Positions 60,135 to 64,000 of a DNA stretch of 64,000 nt are shown piece after piece; the first letter of the stretch is position 1; each line of letters starts with the position of its first letter. Below the pieces are notes generated by a model. It saw nothing but the letters and a program-made list of their open reading frames with translations. It was not told where the DNA came from and made no database searches. The stretch comes from Neodothiora populina (lineage: Eukaryota). Location of the stretch: positions 682,001 to 746,000 of the forward strand of contig NW_027191404.1 in NCBI RefSeq assembly GCF_041146345.1. The letters run 5' to 3'. The translations under genes were made by a program, and so were the position numbers.

Positions 60135-60526
60135 TTTGCCAGAATCTGGTCTTTGTATATATGAAAAATGGGGAAGGGTATCAAATGCTCGATATCGTGG
60201 ATGATAATAAGACACAGTAATATGAATGAAAAAAGTCAAAGAGGAAGGAAAAAGAGGAAGAAAGGAGAGCATCACGATTGGTCAAGAGTCTCTCTTGCGC
60301 CTGTTTAGGACTCTCCTTGATTCGTCTGTCGTCGTCGAGATCTGGCGGTCGATCTCGTTGTTGCGGCCCTGTACGAGAGCACAACGAGAACGGCAACCTC
60401 GCGTCGTCCAGGAACAGAAATCATGTAGCGATGGAGATACTACAACGACTAGGAGGAACGACGAAGATGAGAAGCACGAAGACGGAATCTCTGTCGCTTT
60501 GCTCGTTTTTTCTCTTCTTGATTTCT

Positions 60527-61838
60527 TCAACGTTGACGAAGGATTTCTGCAAAAGGAGAGCCGGCGAGTCTTTAGTATAGGCCCGTATCCGTAATGGGAG
60601 ATATGCTGTTGAAGAGGAATAGAGATTGCGCACCTGTCAGGAACTCCTCACTGGAAGCGAGTATTCGTGTTAGCTTTGACTGGTTCTCCTGGACCTGGTT
60701 TTGGGGAAGAAAGGAGCAACTCACAAGCTCAGTGTGATGTATCCGTCACGATCGGAGTCGTATTTCTTGAACACATCAGTCATGCGTTTCAGACTAATGC
60801 AAGTCTGCACGAAAAGGTCAAAACTCAAGCCCTTTTCCCTGCCCACGTCGTCGCCTCTGCCGCCGACGTTCTTCGCAAAGGTCGAGAAGAGCAAATGCAC
60901 GAACTGCGGGCTGAGTCTGTAGCCGAAAGTGACGAGCGAGTCTGAAAACTCGGAGAAATTGATGTTGCCGCTCCTGTCGACGTCGAAGCGGTCGAAGAGG
61001 GCGCGCCAGGCGGCCAAGAAGCCCCATAGACCGCAGAACTCGTCGAAGTTGATGCTGCCGCTTCGGTCCGTGTCGAACATGCGTATCATCATCCTGACCG
61101 TGTGCGTGTCGAAGGCTGTGTAGTCGCCATTGACGAGGGCGCTGCGCAAGCTGGACTCGGAGAGCTGGCCGCTGCGGTCTTTGTCTACGGCGCAGAACAG
61201 AGGCCATAGGGCATCACGGTCGTTGGCGGCTGGCGCGGGTGGTCCCACGGTCGGTGGACGCTGGTTTTGGGGGATCGGCGGCCGGTTGTGGTAGCTGGTT
61301 GGGGGTGGACCGGCTGCTTGCGGTGGTGGTGACGCGTAAGGGTTTCTTGCAGGAGGTGGAGGACCACCGCCACCGCCACCGCCACCACCTGGAGGTGCTA
61401 CGCTACCGCTGCCGTATCGCTGTGGAGGTTGCGAGTTGTAGCTTTGCTGCTGCTGTGGTGGAGGTGGCGCAGTCCCATGTGTTTGCGACGGATGACGTTG
61501 CGGTCCAGGATGGCCGTCGTAGCGGCCTGAACTCTGTCGGCCGTCGTTGTAGTTCTGTGAAGCAGGCCCTGATGTTGCGTATCCTGAAGCTGGCGGCGGA
61601 GGTCGCGACGAGGATGAGTGGCGATCGTCGTATCTACCGTTCTGTGGACCTGACGCATTATTCGCATGTCCTGAAGGTCGGCTGTGTAGCATCGCTGCTG
61701 CTTGTTCGGGCTCCGCGTGTCTGCGTCAAGAATGTCTCAGCGAGCTGCTTGCTTGTTGCATTATATCAGAGTCGTGCAGTCGATTACGTACGCAGGTAGT
61801 GCATCGGGATTACCACTGTATCTCCCACTATACGCCAT
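60527..61838 (-). CDS. PEF1: Penta-EF-hand Ca2+-binding protein Pef1 (peflin/ALG-2-like); exons 61838-61792, 61720-60725, 60650-60634, 60546-60527
   Basis: N-terminus NPDALPAHAEPEQ, Gly/Pro-rich region, and EF loops DKDRSGQL, DTDRSGSI, DVDRSGNI and DSDRDGYI. Spliced end is SFEEFLTEILRQR*. Confidence 0.93.
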
Positions 61839-62956
61839 TGCCTCGATTGTGTGTGCGAATGGAGCAGTCGCGCAGTGGACTATGATACGACAGGGATTCG
61901 GGAAGGTAAGGAGCGAACGAGCTTCGTTGCGAACAAGACGTCTTTTGCGCTCGTTGTTTAGCTAGCATAAGAGTGGGTAAGGTAGGTAGTGGAGTATATA
62001 TAAGGTCATTAAAGGTTACCTCAACAAGATAACAAGTCTAAAGGTAAAGTAAAGAGGGGAGAATGAGGGGGGCAAAGTGAACTGTGCTTGCGCCGTCTAG
62101 TCGCTATTTATCTTCGACCTGACCGGTCATTCTTATTCGCCTTCACTGTTTCTACCCCTTCGGTCTGCCTTGAAGACAGTCTTTCAAGAGCGAGGCCATG
62201 TGCCTCTTTGCGACTTGTACAAAGTATTCAACATTTCCATCTATCACCGGTCTATCTAGTCCATCATCGATATCAGAGCTCGAGTACTGCACAATCATCG
62301 AGTTGCGCGTCCATGTCCCTCCTCTCGTTCGCGACTTGCGCAAGCAGGTGAAGACATGGGTCGCCCTGACCAGCTGACGTCGTGGGCCTCCCTTAGTCAC
62401 CCGCGACTCGCGTTTGTACCTTGCTTTCCATGTCAATTCAGGCAACGCGACTTAAGGTTAACAGGGTTAGCTCACACCGTTTGCCCTCGTGCGAGTTACT
62501 TTATAGCTCTTCTGATAACGCATCTTGGATTGTCCTTGTAGATGAAGCATTGCACAACGCTGCCTTGATTACAAACTGACACCGTTGGCCTTCTCAAGTC
62601 TCACACGGCTTGCGCGCTGGTTCTACAGGTCGAGATCACATGGTTCCATCTCTGCCCGTACATTTTCCCGCTATATGCTGCCATCAAATGCTTTGACACT
62701 GTTCGCGCGCCGTGGCTGACCCATCAGCAAATCCTGACTTGCGGGCTACTTTCTCTCACGGAAGAGGATGGGGTTCGTTCTATTATTACTGTTTGTTCAT
62801 AAAATTCTGGCCGAAACTCGTCGGCCATACCCAGCACGGATGCTGCTCTTCCTTGCAACGTCCTGAAGACGTTCAATAGGACGCCTTACGACAATTCGCC
62901 TTGCAATCGCTCGTCCGGCCGATCTAGATCATGGACGCCCCGGAGTGAGTCAACCC

Positions 62957-64000
62957 TCAAGTTTTCGGTCGCTTGCCGCTGCCACCATTATCTTCTTCCG
63001 CCTTCCGCTTCCTTTCTTCGTCATCAAATCCGGGGCCTTTCAGTGCGATTGGTGTTTGGAAATTCAACGGGCTAGGCATCATGTTGTTGTCCTTGCCGAA
63101 CCAGGCATCTGGCCAGAACGTCGACGGGCTCGGCAGCATCTGGTTGCCGTCCATGACTCTACTGGGCAGAGCGGACAGTGGCGTCTCAATGTGCTCTCGT
63201 TCGCGGTTGACATGTGGATTTGTACTCATCGGAGGCGGTGGCCGCGCGAAGGGGTTAGGTGGTCCGGTGGCGCCTGCAGATAATATGGTATTCGCAGATG
63301 GTGAAGGAGGTGGCAGGACAACAGTCGACTGCCCTGCTCGCATCGGGGTTGGCCCTGCCGAGTGCGCCGTTCCTTTGGGCGAAGAACCTCCAGCTGTGCT
63401 ACCAGCATCTGACTGTTCGCTAGGGATCTGTACCTTGAGCCTGGGGCGCTTGGCCTCGGACGCCACCAGCGGTCGAGAAGGTGGAGGGATGGTAGGCGTT
63501 GACGCCGTCCGCGGCAGCTGTTGACCAGGAATAGGTGGAGGGGGAAACGCAGATTGCTGCATCGGTGGTTCGCTGGTTTGTGCTACCTGCGGAGGCGTGT
63601 TCGCTCTTTCCCGTGACATGCCAGCCACATCCGTGGAATGTGGTCTCGCGCCCTCCATCTTGATGCTGGTGTCTATTCTGTCGTTGCTGTGACTCGTCGA
63701 GCCCCAATGCTGCGCCAAGAGCGATCTGCTGTCATCGATAGGCGTGAATATGCTGTGGGACTTGGAATGAGCCGGCAGAGGCTTGGGTTGTGGTAGAGGC
63801 GGACTCTGGAATGAGCCCTGATCCGGTTGAGGGGTCGTGTTCACGCTTCTCACAGCACCAGCGGCCGCACCCTGCTGATTGTGTTGCTGTGGCGGCATGC
63901 TTTGCGGATGTCGGGGGCCCATAGACTGCGGCATCTGCTGCTGTTGCTGCTGTTGCTGCTGTTGCTGCTGTTGCTGCTGCATATGGTTCATGTATTGTGG
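62957..64000 (-). CDS. rlmA: MEF2-type MADS-box transcription factor RlmA/Rlm1, C-terminal part; 5' part lies beyond the window
   Basis: SHSIFTPIDD, RPRLKVQIP (MAPK docking-like), SAGATGPPNPFARP, ETPLSALPSR and PSPLNFQTP match the RlmA C-terminus as recalled. The MADS box is outside the window. Confidence 0.85.
   Translation of the reverse strand, partial: PQYMNHMQQQQQQQQQQQQQQQMPQSMGPRHPQSMPPQQHNQQGAAAGAVRSVNTTPQPDQGSFQSPPLPQPKPLPAHSKSHSIFTPIDDSRSLLAQHWGSTSHSNDRIDTSIKMEGARPHSTDVAGMSRERANTPPQVAQTSEPPMQQSAFPPPPIPGQQLPRTASTPTIPPPSRPLVASEAKRPRLKVQIPSEQSDAGSTAGGSSPKGTAHSAGPTPMRAGQSTVVLPPPSPSANTILSAGATGPPNPFARPPPPMSTNPHVNREREHIETPLSALPSRVMDGNQMLPSPSTFWPDAWFGKDNNMMPSPLNFQTPIALKGPGFDDEERKRKAEEDNGGSGKRPKT
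63935..63979 (-). repeat. Poly-Q tract (15 Gln), (CAG CAG CAA)n pattern, in RlmA
   Basis: 45-nt ctg/ttg run on the + strand. Confidence 0.95.

Overview
Eukaryotic, gene-dense DNA from a filamentous ascomycete (probably a Dothideomycete; inferred from protein and intron style, not searched). Genes carry short GT-AG introns (46-144 nt) with CTRAY-like branch points, so the ORF track fragments or mis-starts many of them; I rebuilt the exon structures by hand. There are 25 protein genes in order: Dip5-like permease (3' end), PDR-type ABC transporter, DHA2 MFS transporter, NDUFAF7-like methyltransferase, cysteine synthase 2, Scm3-Myb, Atg6, annexin, a 324-aa orphan, Ist3, dynein light intermediate chain, Lag1/Lac1-family ceramide synthase, Bxi1, arylamine N-acetyltransferase, an R/E/P-rich fungal protein, Hsv2, Alg12, Yos1, CreB, LSD1, dynamitin, a second DHA2 MFS, a 626-aa Cys/His orphan, Pef1 and RlmA (3' part). 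I saw no tRNA, rRNA, CRISPR array or intact transposon. The most notable features are: a shared CGG-triplet element upstream of two efflux genes 49 kb apart; a strand-oriented TACCTT promoter motif; a repeat-laden non-coding block (43-bp degenerate array, 121-bp-period duplication) beside an ABC+MFS pair; a possible intron-retention switch of the Pef1 C-terminus; a 14-nt micro-exon carrying part of the CreB catalytic Cys codon; and two orphan ORFs. All identifications are by motif recognition; no database searches were run.
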